From Candidatus Kapaibacterium sp. (lineage in GTDB: Bacteria > Bacteroidota > Ignavibacteria > Kapaibacteriales > JAEUSM01), in contig JAEUSM010000017.1 of assembly GCA_016788785.1 (NCBI GenBank), positions 317,670 to 381,669 on the forward strand: DNA of 64,000 nt, in the 5' to 3' direction. Under the pieces are notes generated by a model that saw only the letters and a list, made by a program, of their open reading frames with translations, was not told where the DNA came from and did not search any database. Shown here piece by piece: positions 29,445-39,590 of the stretch (the stretch's first letter is position 1; every line of letters begins with the position of its first letter). The position numbers were made by a program, and so were the translations under genes.

Positions 29445-30461
29445 TTACTGTAAATAACGACGCAAAATATTTGGTAGCAAATATTCGGCAAATGCCTTTT
29501 CAAATGAATATTTAGGTTTCCAAGCCCAATCTGCTGCAGCCATTGAGTCGTCCAAATCTGCAGGCCATGACTCAACAATGGTTTGGCGTTTTACTTGCGG
29601 TTCAAAAGTGATAACTGCAGATGGATATGCATTTCTAATCATTGTTGCAAAGTCTTGAGCCGTTGGTGCAAAAGATGTAACATTATATGAATGTCGACGC
29701 AAAGAAGATTTCTCAGCAGCAGCCAAATTTAATAAAGCATCTACAGCATCCGGCATAGCCATAAATGGAAGTTGTGCACCAGCATGTACAAAACATGCAT
29801 ACGGTTTATTTTGTGCTGCATAATGAAGCATTTCTGGTCCGTAATCACTGGTTCCACCAGAAGGAACTGTGAAAGCAGAAATTAACCCCGGAAAACGAAC
29901 TGCTCTGAAATCAACATATCCATGTTCTTTTGTCTCAGATAATTGCATATAATATTCTGTAAAATATTTTCCTAGATTTTCACAATAAAGCTTTGAAGCC
30001 CCATAAATAGTTCTTGGAAGCAAAAACTGTTCTTCTGAAACTTTGTTGGCAGCATATTTTTCTTCGGGCGTTGGAATGCCATAAATTGCAATGGTACTTG
30101 GAAAGATAAATTTGACAGGTTGCGAAATTCTTTTTCCTATGCTACGAGCCATTTCCAACAATTGAAATGTACCACCTGCATTGACTTGGTGTGCAAGTTG
30201 AGGCTTTTTTTCTGCTGTCGTTGATAACAATGCAGCTAAATGATAAATTTCGTTTATGTCATACGACGACAACTCTTTAATTATCTCTTCTGAGGTAATA
30301 TCGCCAACAAAGGTAGCTGTGCAATGTTTTTTGATAGACTCTTGAATGGGTTGTAAATCAACTCCAATGATATAGTTTGACGAATTTTTAGAGATTTCCT
30401 CAACGAGAGAATGTCCAATTTCACCGTTGATTCCAGTGATGAGTATTGTTTTTTTTTGCAT
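29445..30461 (-). CDS. NAD-dependent epimerase/SDR, L-threonine 3-dehydrogenase-like
   Basis: ITGINGEIG, IYHLAALLS, PRTIYGASK, DFRAVRFPGLIS..PSGGTSDY, SWPADLDDS. Confidence 0.8.
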   Translation of the reverse strand: MQKKTILITGINGEIGHSLVEEISKNSSNYIIGVDLQPIQESIKKHCTATFVGDITSEEIIKELSSYDINEIYHLAALLSTTAEKKPQLAHQVNAGGTFQLLEMARSIGKRISQPVKFIFPSTIAIYGIPTPEEKYAANKVSEEQFLLPRTIYGASKLYCENLGKYFTEYYMQLSETKEHGYVDFRAVRFPGLISAFTVPSGGTSDYGPEMLHYAAQNKPYACFVHAGAQLPFMAMPDAVDALLNLAAAEKSSLRRHSYNVTSFAPTAQDFATMIRNAYPSAVITFEPQVKRQTIVESWPADLDDSMAAADWAWKPKYSFEKAFAEYLLPNILRRYLQ

Positions 30462-30711
30462 GTGGTTCGTATGAAAAATTTTGGTTCATTTCGTACAAAA
30501 GTACAAAAAAACCAGCACTTTTTTGTTCGAAATATGCTCATTAACCACCTTATACAATGAAAGAATGCAAGAAAAACTATGAAAATCTTTCGTGAATAGA
30601 CAAAAATTCCATACATTGCAACAAATTTTGAAAAATAATTGCAAACGAAATAGGGAAAATTAGTCAAATTCTTTGTTTTGTTTGTTCACTTTTTTTGTAA
30701 AGGATAATCGT

Positions 30712-32298
30712 ATGACAGGTAGTTTTTCACTTGCTCAACATGGAATAAATGTTTCTAATATTATTAGAAATGCATCACCGGCTCAATTATATGAAGATGG
30801 TTTGAAATTTGACCCGGGAACAGCTATTTCTGATGTTGGTGCCTTAATGGTAAAATCAGGGAAAAAAACTGGTCGCAGCCCTAAAGATAAACGTATTGTT
30901 GAACATCCAGATAGTGCGGCTGATGTTTGGTGGGGAAATGTTAACATTAAAATTGACGAAAAAATATTTGAAATTAACAAAGAACGTGCAGTTGATTTTT
31001 TTAACTACCAACAAAAAGTGTATGTTTTTGATGGGTTTGCTGGTTGGGATCCAGAGCATCAAATCAAAGTACGTGTTATTTGTACTCGCCCATACCATGC
31101 TTTATTCATGCACAATATGTTGATTCGCCCAACGGAAGAACAATTAGCTTCTTTTGGTGATCCAGATTATGTTATTTATAATGCTGGATGTTTTCCAGCA
31201 AATTCTCATACAGAAGCAATGACCTCGAAAACAAGTATTGGTCTTAGTTTCGAGAGAAAAGAATTTGTCATTTTGGGTACTGAATATGCTGGTGAGATGA
31301 AAAAAGGTGTATTCACGATCATGAATTACATTATGCCGAAAAAAGGTGTTTTGTCAATGCATTGTTCTGCTAATGAAGGTGCTAATAATGATGTAACATT
31401 GTTTTTTGGACTTTCTGGAACTGGTAAAACTACCCTTTCGGCTGATACAAATAGAAAACTTATTGGTGATGATGAGCATTGTTGGACAGATAAAGGTGTC
31501 TTCAACATTGAAGGTGGATGTTATGCAAAATGTGTTAATTTATCTGCTGAAAAAGAACCAGAAATCTATGGAGCAATCAAATTCGGTTCATTATTAGAGA
31601 ATGTTATATATGACACACATACTCGTAAAGTGGACTACGATAACATCTCTATAACTGAAAACACTCGTGCATCATACCCCATCGAATTCATTCCAAACTC
31701 AAAAATTCCTTGTGTGGGTGGACATCCGCAAAACGTTATTTTCCTAACAGCAGATGCTTTTGGAGTATTACCTCCCGTATCAAAACTCTCTCCAGAACAA
31801 GCAATGTACCATTTCATTTCCGGTTATACTGCGAAGGTCGCAGGAACTGAAGAAGGTGTAACAGAGCCTGAAGCAACGTTCTCTGCAAACTTTGGTGCTG
31901 CTTTTATGGTTTGGCATCCAAGCAAATATGCTGAGTTATTAGCAGAAAAAATGAGAAAGTTTGGTTCAAAAGCGTGGTTAGTGAATACTGGTTGGTCTGG
32001 TGGTTCGTATGGAACTGGCTCAAGAATGAAACTTAGTTATACAAGAGCTATCATCGATGCTATCCATAATGGAACTTTAGATACTGCTCCAACAATTGTT
32101 GACCCTGTATTTGGTTTACATATTCCAACAACATGTGCAAATGTCCCTGATGAAATTTTGATACCAAGAAATACTTGGGCAGATAAAGCTGCATATGATG
32201 CTACCTCTGCTAAGTTAGCGAATTTGTTTATCAATAATTTCAAAAAATATGAAGCTGGTTCCAGCGCTGAAATTATAGCTGCTGGACCAAAAGCATAA
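30712..32298 (+). CDS. pckA: Phosphoenolpyruvate carboxykinase (ATP)
   Basis: [55 protein letters not shown]; ATG 30712 with AGGA SD. Confidence 0.97.
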   Translation: MTGSFSLAQHGINVSNIIRNASPAQLYEDGLKFDPGTAISDVGALMVKSGKKTGRSPKDKRIVEHPDSAADVWWGNVNIKIDEKIFEINKERAVDFFNYQQKVYVFDGFAGWDPEHQIKVRVICTRPYHALFMHNMLIRPTEEQLASFGDPDYVIYNAGCFPANSHTEAMTSKTSIGLSFERKEFVILGTEYAGEMKKGVFTIMNYIMPKKGVLSMHCSANEGANNDVTLFFGLSGTGKTTLSADTNRKLIGDDEHCWTDKGVFNIEGGCYAKCVNLSAEKEPEIYGAIKFGSLLENVIYDTHTRKVDYDNISITENTRASYPIEFIPNSKIPCVGGHPQNVIFLTADAFGVLPPVSKLSPEQAMYHFISGYTAKVAGTEEGVTEPEATFSANFGAAFMVWHPSKYAELLAEKMRKFGSKAWLVNTGWSGGSYGTGSRMKLSYTRAIIDAIHNGTLDTAPTIVDPVFGLHIPTTCANVPDEILIPRNTWADKAAYDATSAKLANLFINNFKKYEAGSSAEIIAAGPKA

Positions 32299-32317
32299 GA
32301 TTGTTTGCGGTTTATAG

Positions 32318-32352
32318 AAGGCAGGGAGTTCATTCGCTCACCTGCCTTTTTT
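32318..32352 (+). terminator. Intrinsic terminator after pckA
   Basis: AAGGCAGG...CCTGCCTT stem followed by T tract. Confidence 0.8.
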
Positions 32353-32412
32353 GTTTATGGCACGAGTTTTTATCGTAAATTAATACATCCTTAGGTTTTA
32401 CGTACAAAGACA

Positions 32413-33348
32413 ATGAAGAAAAAAAGTTTTATTGAATTACAGCAACACAATAGTATCCAATATATACTTTTTGTGCTTTTAACTCTTGGCGTTTCGTTAG
32501 TGAGTATGGTGTTCCTCATTCGATTATCGGATATAGTATTTCAATTTGTTTTTTCAGGAGCAACATTTACTACGAATCCAGGTTCTTCGTTTTTTTACCC
32601 CGAGTGGCAAATTCAACTTCCAATCATTAACCCTGCAGATATTGAAGAACCACCATCATTGAAAGTCTATTTCGTAGAACCTGTTTTGATTTATCTCCCT
32701 TTTGTTTTAGTTGTGGGGTTTATAGGTGCATCATTAATTTCTATGATATTACCAATGAATATTGGTTTACTTCGGCAAAAAATACATCGGGTTATTGTCA
32801 ATACATTAGATACAATTTCTATTGAAAAAATAGGTGTTCATGATGATTCAACAGAAAATGAAATTGCCGAAGAAATAATGGAGTCTGACTATCGTTCGTT
32901 GAATGATTTGGCTCGAAAATACGGCAGAACATTTGATGATATGCTATTGTTACATAATGTATTAATTTGGTATCAAGCATCCTTTTTTTCTAGAATTTTC
33001 CGTAGTTTTCAAGCACTACGTTTTTATTTGAAAGAGCATTTTAGCGTAAAATATTCCTCAACAATGTTGGGATTAATTTACATGGGTGCTGCAATCCTTA
33101 TTATCGTTATTGGTTTGAGAGGTTTGCAATTTATACCTGCTATTCGACCAACACTCATTTTGTCATCATTATTACTAGAATTTGTTTTATTATTTTTCTA
33201 TGCTATATTTTTGATGTTTTCTAAGTCTGAAGAAGATCCAACAAAAAATCCAGAAGAAACTATTGTTGAGTTGGAAACTTCTGAATCATTAAAACGTCAA
33301 AAGGAAATTGAAGTATTATACAAAGCATTTTCTGCAAAAAAGAAGTAA
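32413..33348 (+). CDS. Hypothetical integral membrane protein (about 4 TM) with GldL/PorL-like C-terminal helical hairpin
   Basis: Hydrophobic segments at aa ~17-36, 91-113, 219-237, 247-269; IYMGAAILII...LLLEFVLL resembles the GldL TM1/TM2 from memory. Confidence 0.55.
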   Translation: MKKKSFIELQQHNSIQYILFVLLTLGVSLVSMVFLIRLSDIVFQFVFSGATFTTNPGSSFFYPEWQIQLPIINPADIEEPPSLKVYFVEPVLIYLPFVLVVGFIGASLISMILPMNIGLLRQKIHRVIVNTLDTISIEKIGVHDDSTENEIAEEIMESDYRSLNDLARKYGRTFDDMLLLHNVLIWYQASFFSRIFRSFQALRFYLKEHFSVKYSSTMLGLIYMGAAILIIVIGLRGLQFIPAIRPTLILSSLLLEFVLLFFYAIFLMFSKSEEDPTKNPEETIVELETSESLKRQKEIEVLYKAFSAKKK

Positions 33349-33362
33349 TTTAACCATCACTT

Positions 33363-34262
33363 ATGAACTGTAATCACTGTCATTCTACATCGTTTTCAAT
33401 ATTGCCGTTTTATTACGAATGGAATTCGCATCGTTTTGATGTTGTTCGATGTAAAAGTTGTTCACTTATTACATTGTCAAGACTTCCAAATGATGAGGAA
33501 TTGCAAAAACTTTACTCAGAAGATTTTTTTACCTTCGGTGCCCACACACTCGATAAATTGGGAATTGATTATGAAACAATGGCTGATCAATATGGTTTGG
33601 AAACGCATAAACAATTTATCAAAAATTATATCGAACCTTACGGAACTTCGTTAACTTCTTTTTTTGAAATCGGTGCTGGAATGGCACATTTTCTTCAAGC
33701 TGCAAAAGAATTAGGATATGCTGTGGATGGTTTGGAAATTGGCGATGTGGCAGTCCGTAAAGCAAAAGAAAAATTTGGGATAGAATTACGATTAGGTGAT
33801 TTTGAAAAATTGGATCTTTCTTCGTTATCAAATTCTTTTGATTGTATTTATGCTGGTGATGTTTTTGAACACATGCGTGACCCAGCCTTAGTCGTAGAAA
33901 AAATGTATGAAATGTTACGACCAAATGGGATTGTTGTAATTAAAATACCAGGAACGTTTAATTTGCTTTCGTCTAAAATTGCTTCTATGATTTTTTCGAT
34001 GACAAACAAATCAAAAAAGTTACCTGATAAACCATATCATTTATACGAGTTTACAACAAAGACCATTTCGAATATTTTTCTGAAAAAATTTCAAGAAGTA
34101 ACAGTTGTCAATACCATCAAAAAGCCTTCGGAACTTAATAAAAAAACGGGTGGAATCGATTATGCGATTAAATATTTCCTCCAGTTTATCAATTATCCAT
34201 TAACAAAAATCACCAATAGATTTGGTGATAGAATGACAGTCATTGCAAAAAAAGTATCATAA
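33363..34262 (+). CDS. Class I SAM-dependent methyltransferase with N-terminal Cys-rich ribbon
   Basis: CNHC..RCKSC; FEIGAGMAHF, VDGLEI, FDCIYAGDVFEHMRDP, PYHLYEFT. Confidence 0.85.
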   Translation: MNCNHCHSTSFSILPFYYEWNSHRFDVVRCKSCSLITLSRLPNDEELQKLYSEDFFTFGAHTLDKLGIDYETMADQYGLETHKQFIKNYIEPYGTSLTSFFEIGAGMAHFLQAAKELGYAVDGLEIGDVAVRKAKEKFGIELRLGDFEKLDLSSLSNSFDCIYAGDVFEHMRDPALVVEKMYEMLRPNGIVVIKIPGTFNLLSSKIASMIFSMTNKSKKLPDKPYHLYEFTTKTISNIFLKKFQEVTVVNTIKKPSELNKKTGGIDYAIKYFLQFINYPLTKITNRFGDRMTVIAKKVS

Positions 34263-34323
34263 AAACTATGTATACAATACAATGACGTAATAATTGCTAC
34301 GTTTTTACAGCAAAAGAGGTAAT

Positions 34324-34632
34324 ATGATAGATACATTAACAGGCATATATTCAGTTCAATCGCAAGGTGTGGTTCCACAGAACCGTACAGAGGTTCAGCG
34401 TGAATTAGACCAAATTCGTGAGGCTCGACGTTCTCAACGTGGAACAGATGAAAATGCTCCAAGGCAGATAGTGGAGCAAATTCAACGCCGTGATTTGGTA
34501 ACAACTCCTGCACAAACTCTTTTAGCATCCAATCAACAAACTAATTCTTTTGCAACGTTTCAAAGAAACGCACGTTTACAAAACCCAGATAACTCTCGTT
34601 ATCTAGGAAAATTTGTTGATTTTAGAATATAG
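34324..34632 (+). CDS. Small Q/R-rich hypothetical protein ending LGKFVDFRI
   Basis: 102-aa ORF with AGAGG SD before ATG 34324; low-complexity body and short terminal motif. Confidence 0.6.
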   Translation: MIDTLTGIYSVQSQGVVPQNRTEVQRELDQIREARRSQRGTDENAPRQIVEQIQRRDLVTTPAQTLLASNQQTNSFATFQRNARLQNPDNSRYLGKFVDFRI

Positions 34633-34752
34633 GATTAAAATCAATTACCATTGAAAATTTCCCACTACAATTTGCGCTTTCAAAAGTAAATACTCCTAAT
34701 AACCTTACCTTTTTTAATGCTCAATCAGAAGACTATCAAATAGTTTTATAGT

Positions 34753-35151
34753 ATGAAAACCAAGAACTACTCTCTAAAGTATTCTTCAATGATAACAAAA
34801 CCAGTAGGTTTATTGTTGTTGAAAGTTTTTGCCTTTTTGAGTGTATTTTCTTCTTTTTCTCTTGCAACGTCACTGCAAGCAAAAGAAATAAAATCTGTTA
34901 CAAAGAGCTTTCATAATCAAAATCAAGATTTTAATTGTTCAGCTGGATTTGATAGAATCAAGGACCACACAAAGGTTTTCATTGAAGAAAGTGAAGTATT
35001 AGAAATTGATGAAGTTACTGATACAAACAAAAATCGTAGTATTTATCACCAAAACTCTTACAGCCTTTTATTACAACAACAGCATTCTACAAAGAAACAA
35101 CAACGTAAACTCTACATTACGTTTTGCTGTCTTCGTATTCACCTCGTTTAA
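34753..35151 (+). CDS. Small hypothetical ORF heading the RND operon (candidate leader peptide)
   Basis: 132 aa; signal-like hydrophobic segment, acidic middle, C-terminal LYITFCCLRI; 80 nt upstream of the adaptor gene. Confidence 0.5.
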   Translation: MKTKNYSLKYSSMITKPVGLLLLKVFAFLSVFSSFSLATSLQAKEIKSVTKSFHNQNQDFNCSAGFDRIKDHTKVFIEESEVLEIDEVTDTNKNRSIYHQNSYSLLLQQQHSTKKQQRKLYITFCCLRIHLV

Positions 35152-35231
35152 TTTTCACATTCCCATTTGTTAATTCTTACCAATCACTGTTTAATATTTG
35201 ATTGGCTTTTTCCTTTTAAAACTAATACATT

Positions 35232-36317
35232 ATGAAAAATATAGTAATGTTCAGCTGCATTTGTATGCTGAGTATAGTATCGTGTACTCAAGATCATGAA
35301 CATCTTGAAGAAGTATCAACATTGGAAGTATCACTTCCTGTTAAAAAAGACACCATAATCAATAAAGAGTTTATAGCACAAATACGTGCCTATCAACACG
35401 TAGAACTTCGAGCATTGGACGAAGGGTATCTTCAAAAAATCTATGTTGATGAAGGTCAATTCGTTAAAAAAGGTCAATTGTTATTTCAATTATTGCCAAT
35501 TGTTTACCAATCTGAACAACAAATCGCAAAAGCTGAATTTGATAGAGCCGAAATCGAGTATAAAAACACAAAAATGTTGGCAGATAGTAATATTGTTTCA
35601 AAAAATGAACTATCATTGTCAAAAGCCAATTTGGATAAAGCAAAAGCAGAATTGGCACTAAGAGCAGCAAAACTTCAGTTTACAGAAATCAGAGCACCAT
35701 TTGATGGAATTGTTGGTCGATTTAATCAGGTTCGGCAGGGTAGTTTGCTTGAAGAAGGTGAATTACTTACTACGTTATCTGATAATAGTAAAATGTGGGT
35801 TTACTTCAATGTTCCTGAAGCAGTGTATTTAGATTATATAAGAACATATAAATCAGAGAATCAAAAACAATCAGTTACATTACAATTAGCAGATGGATTA
35901 TTGTTTGATAAACCTGGTATTATAGAAACTATAGAGTCGGATTTCAATAATGAAACAGGAAATATAGCATTTAGGGCTACTTTTGATAATTCAAGTTTTG
36001 TCTTACGTCATGGACAAACTGGAAGAATACTTATGCCTCAAGATTTAAAGGGTGCGCTACTTCTACCTCAAAAAGCTACCTTTGAAGTCTTAGATAAAAA
36101 ATTTGTTTATGTAATCAAAAAAGGAAAAGTTGAAGCTCGAGAAATTTCCGTTAAAAATGAATTGCCCCATTTGTATGAAGTATCTAAAGGTCTGACTGAA
36201 AAAGACACTGTATTAATGGACGGTTTAAGAAAAGTAAAAAAAGGTGATAGAATTCTTTCTAAATATAAACCCTTTGATGAAATTATACAAGAATTGATTC
36301 AGATAAAAGCTGAGTAA
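35232..36317 (+). CDS. RND efflux periplasmic adaptor (MFP) lipoprotein
   Basis: Lipobox IVSC; VDEGQFVKKGQLLF, IRAPFDGIVG, GNIAFRATF, LLLPQKATFE. Confidence 0.92.
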   Translation: MKNIVMFSCICMLSIVSCTQDHEHLEEVSTLEVSLPVKKDTIINKEFIAQIRAYQHVELRALDEGYLQKIYVDEGQFVKKGQLLFQLLPIVYQSEQQIAKAEFDRAEIEYKNTKMLADSNIVSKNELSLSKANLDKAKAELALRAAKLQFTEIRAPFDGIVGRFNQVRQGSLLEEGELLTTLSDNSKMWVYFNVPEAVYLDYIRTYKSENQKQSVTLQLADGLLFDKPGIIETIESDFNNETGNIAFRATFDNSSFVLRHGQTGRILMPQDLKGALLLPQKATFEVLDKKFVYVIKKGKVEAREISVKNELPHLYEVSKGLTEKDTVLMDGLRKVKKGDRILSKYKPFDEIIQELIQIKAE

Positions 36318-36344
36318 CAAGAACCAAAAAAATTAATAAAAATT

Positions 36345-39300
36345 ATGTTTAGTCAATTCATTAAACGACCGGTTCTTGCTATTTCGATCTCATTAGCTAT
36401 TGTGTTTTTAGGCATTTTAGCAATGATGACAAGACCGATTTCTCAATTTCCTAATATTGCACCTCCTCGTGTAAATATATTCATAGCATATCCAGGAGCG
36501 AGTGCTCAAATATTGGTAGAATCTACTCTTATTCCACTTGAGCGTGCCATAAATGGTGTGCAAGGAATGCAATATATGACTTCTGATGCTACAAGTGCAG
36601 GTGAAGCAACTATTCAAATAATTTTTGAACCAGATGTAGACCCTAATGCAGCAGTAGTAAATGTTAAAACACGTGTTGATGCAATTATGAATAATCTTCC
36701 TCCCTTAGTGCAACGGGAAGGGATTATTATTACACCAATTCAGCCGAGTATGTTGATGTATATTAACCTATATAGTACAGACAAAAATGCTGATGAAAAG
36801 TTTCTATATAATTATGCTAGTGTGAATGTAATTCCAGAATTACAGAGAATAAGTGGAATGGGTAGAGCCCAGATTCTTGGAAGTAGAACCTTTGCAATGC
36901 GTATTTGGCTTAAACCAGATCGTATGCAAGCATATAAAATTTCCGCAGATGAAGTTCTCAAAGCTATGCAAAACCAAAGCTTGATTGGTCGACCTGGACG
37001 ATTAGGTCAAGCATCCGGAAAATCTACTCAATCTTTAGAATTTACTCTATCATACAAAGGGAGATTTAACAAGCCAGAGGAATATGAAAATATAATTATA
37101 AAAGCAAATTCCGAAGGTGAACTAATAAAGCTAAAAGACATTGCAGAAGTAGAATTAGGTAGTGAATTTTTTGATATTTATTCGAACAAAGATGGATATC
37201 CGTCAGCTTCTATTGTTTTGAAGCAAAATTTTGGGACTAATGCAAGTATCGTTATTGAAAAAACAAAAGTAAAATTAGATGAATTAAAAAAAGATTTTCC
37301 ACCAGGAATGGAATATGAGATTAATTATGATGTCTCAAAATTTGTAAATGCCTCTATAGATAAAGTACTACATACTTTAGTAGAAGCATTCATTTTGGTT
37401 GCATTGGTAGTATTTATCTTTCTGGGAGATTGGCGTTCAACGCTTATACCAATTATTGCAGTTCCAGTATCGTTGGTCGGTGCTTTTATGTTTATGCAAT
37501 GGTTTGGTATAAGTATCAATTTAATTACTTTGTTTGCATTAGTCTTAGCTATTGGAATTGTTGTTGATGATGCTATTGTCGTTGTGGAAGCAGTCCATGC
37601 TAAAATGGAAGAAAAACATGTTAGCCCATATGTTGCTGTAAAGGAAGTACTGGGCGAAATTAGTGGAGCGGTCATAGCAATCACCCTTGTTATGACTTCC
37701 GTATTTGTTCCAATCGCCTTTATGCCTGGTCCAGTGGGTGTATTTTACCGACAATTTTCCATTACGATGGTAAGTTCTATTATATTATCTGGGATTATTG
37801 CACTTACCTTGACACCGGTTCTTTGTGCAATGTTATTGAAAAACAACCATGCTCTTCCAAAAAGAAGAACACCTGTTAAAATATTTATAGATTGGTTTAA
37901 TAGAAAATTTGAATGGTTGACTGGTAGGTATATCGTTATCCTTGAACGAATTGTTAATAGAAGATTGGTTACTTTTCTTGTATTAGGTGCTTTTGGTTTT
38001 GGTATAGTTGCAATGAATCAAATACTTCCAGGCGGATTTATACCTAACGAAGATCAAGGACAAATTTACGCAATTATACAAGCTCCTCCTGGAAGTACTT
38101 TAGAGCGTACAAAAGAGGTTTCAGAACAATTACAAAAAATAGGAGAAGAAATAGAAGATATTCAATCAATAACATCTTTGGCAGGGTATGAAATTCTAAC
38201 AGAAGGTCGTGGATCGAATGCAGGTACTTGTCTTATCAACTTAAAAGATTGGGAAGAAAGAAAACATACGGTTAAAGAGATAATTGAATTATTAGAGGAA
38301 GAGTCACATAATTTTGGTGCTGTGGTTGAATTTTTTGAACCTCCAGCAGTGCCTGGATATGGGTCATCAGATGGTTTTTCACTTCGACTATTAGATAAGA
38401 ACAATACCGTTGATTACCAAGAATTTGATAGAGTAAATACAGAGTTTATGAATGCTTTGAAAGCAAGAAAAGAACTATCTGGTTTATTTACCTTCTATGC
38501 AGCCAATTATCCACAATATGAAATTATCATCGATAATGAAAAAGCTATGCAAAAGGGTGTTTCCATAGGCGATGCAATGGAAAACTTGAATGTGCTTATA
38601 GGCAGTACATACGAGCAAGGTTTTACTCGTTTTAACGCATTTTTCAAAGTATATACTCAAGCTGGTCCTGAATATAGGAGATTACCAAGTGATATTTTGA
38701 ATCTCTTTGTAAAAAACGAGGCTGGGGAAATGGTTCCGTATTCTTCGTTTGTTACTTTAAGAAAAACACAAGGACCAAATGAGATTACTCGATATAATCT
38801 TTATACTTCCTCTACAATTAGAGGAGTTCCGACTAAAGGTTATACCACAGGAGAGGCAATTGATGTAATTAGAGAAGTTGCAAATCAAACGCTAGGTAAA
38901 GGCTACGACATCGCATGGGAAGGTCTTTCGTATGATGAGGCTGCTCGAGGTAACGAATCAATATATATTTTTCTATTAGTACTACTGTTTGTCTATTTGG
39001 TGTTAGCATCTCAGTATGAAAGTTTCATATTACCTTTGGCAATTTTATTATCTATTCCGATAGGAGTATTTGGCTCTTTTCTCTTGTTAAAAATTATGGG
39101 ACTTTCGAACGACATTTATGCACAAATTGGGTTAATAATGTTAGTTGGTTTGTTAGGAAAAAATGCAGTATTAATTGTTGAGTTTGCTGTTCAAAAACAA
39201 CAGCAAGGTGCGACTGTTTTTCAAGCAGCGATTGAAGGAGCAAAAGCACGATTCAGACCAATTCTGATGACCTCGTTCGCATTTATTGCAGGACTAATTC

Positions 39301-39590
39301 CATTGGTAAGAGCATCAGGTGCAGGAGCTATTGGAAACAAAACTATTGGTTCATCTGCATTGGGTGGAATGCTTCTGGGAACTATATTCGGAATTCTAAT
39401 CGTACCAGGACTTTATTATATTTTTGCAAAAATATCTGAAGGAAAAAAACTGATTCAAGATGAGGATTTCAATCCATTAACTGAAGGTTATACTCATAAA
39501 GTATCGCAAGCAACTTTAATAAAAAAGATTCAAAGATTAAGTACTGTTTTACAATCAATGAAAAGAAAAAGAAGAAACAAGAAATCATGA
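36345..39590 (+). CDS. RND efflux permease, HAE1 (AcrB-like)
   Basis: FIKRPVLA, QFPNIAPP, GIVVDDAIVVVE, GKNAVLIVEF, RFRPILMTS. Confidence 0.96.
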   Translation: MFSQFIKRPVLAISISLAIVFLGILAMMTRPISQFPNIAPPRVNIFIAYPGASAQILVESTLIPLERAINGVQGMQYMTSDATSAGEATIQIIFEPDVDPNAAVVNVKTRVDAIMNNLPPLVQREGIIITPIQPSMLMYINLYSTDKNADEKFLYNYASVNVIPELQRISGMGRAQILGSRTFAMRIWLKPDRMQAYKISADEVLKAMQNQSLIGRPGRLGQASGKSTQSLEFTLSYKGRFNKPEEYENIIIKANSEGELIKLKDIAEVELGSEFFDIYSNKDGYPSASIVLKQNFGTNASIVIEKTKVKLDELKKDFPPGMEYEINYDVSKFVNASIDKVLHTLVEAFILVALVVFIFLGDWRSTLIPIIAVPVSLVGAFMFMQWFGISINLITLFALVLAIGIVVDDAIVVVEAVHAKMEEKHVSPYVAVKEVLGEISGAVIAITLVMTSVFVPIAFMPGPVGVFYRQFSITMVSSIILSGIIALTLTPVLCAMLLKNNHALPKRRTPVKIFIDWFNRKFEWLTGRYIVILERIVNRRLVTFLVLGAFGFGIVAMNQILPGGFIPNEDQGQIYAIIQAPPGSTLERTKEVSEQLQKIGEEIEDIQSITSLAGYEILTEGRGSNAGTCLINLKDWEERKHTVKEIIELLEEESHNFGAVVEFFEPPAVPGYGSSDGFSLRLLDKNNTVDYQEFDRVNTEFMNALKARKELSGLFTFYAANYPQYEIIIDNEKAMQKGVSIGDAMENLNVLIGSTYEQGFTRFNAFFKVYTQAGPEYRRLPSDILNLFVKNEAGEMVPYSSFVTLRKTQGPNEITRYNLYTSSTIRGVPTKGYTTGEAIDVIREVANQTLGKGYDIAWEGLSYDEAARGNESIYIFLLVLLFVYLVLASQYESFILPLAILLSIPIGVFGSFLLLKIMGLSNDIYAQIGLIMLVGLLGKNAVLIVEFAVQKQQQGATVFQAAIEGAKARFRPILMTSFAFIAGLIPLVRASGAGAIGNKTIGSSALGGMLLGTIFGILIVPGLYYIFAKISEGKKLIQDEDFNPLTEGYTHKVSQATLIKKIQRLSTVLQSMKRKRRNKKS

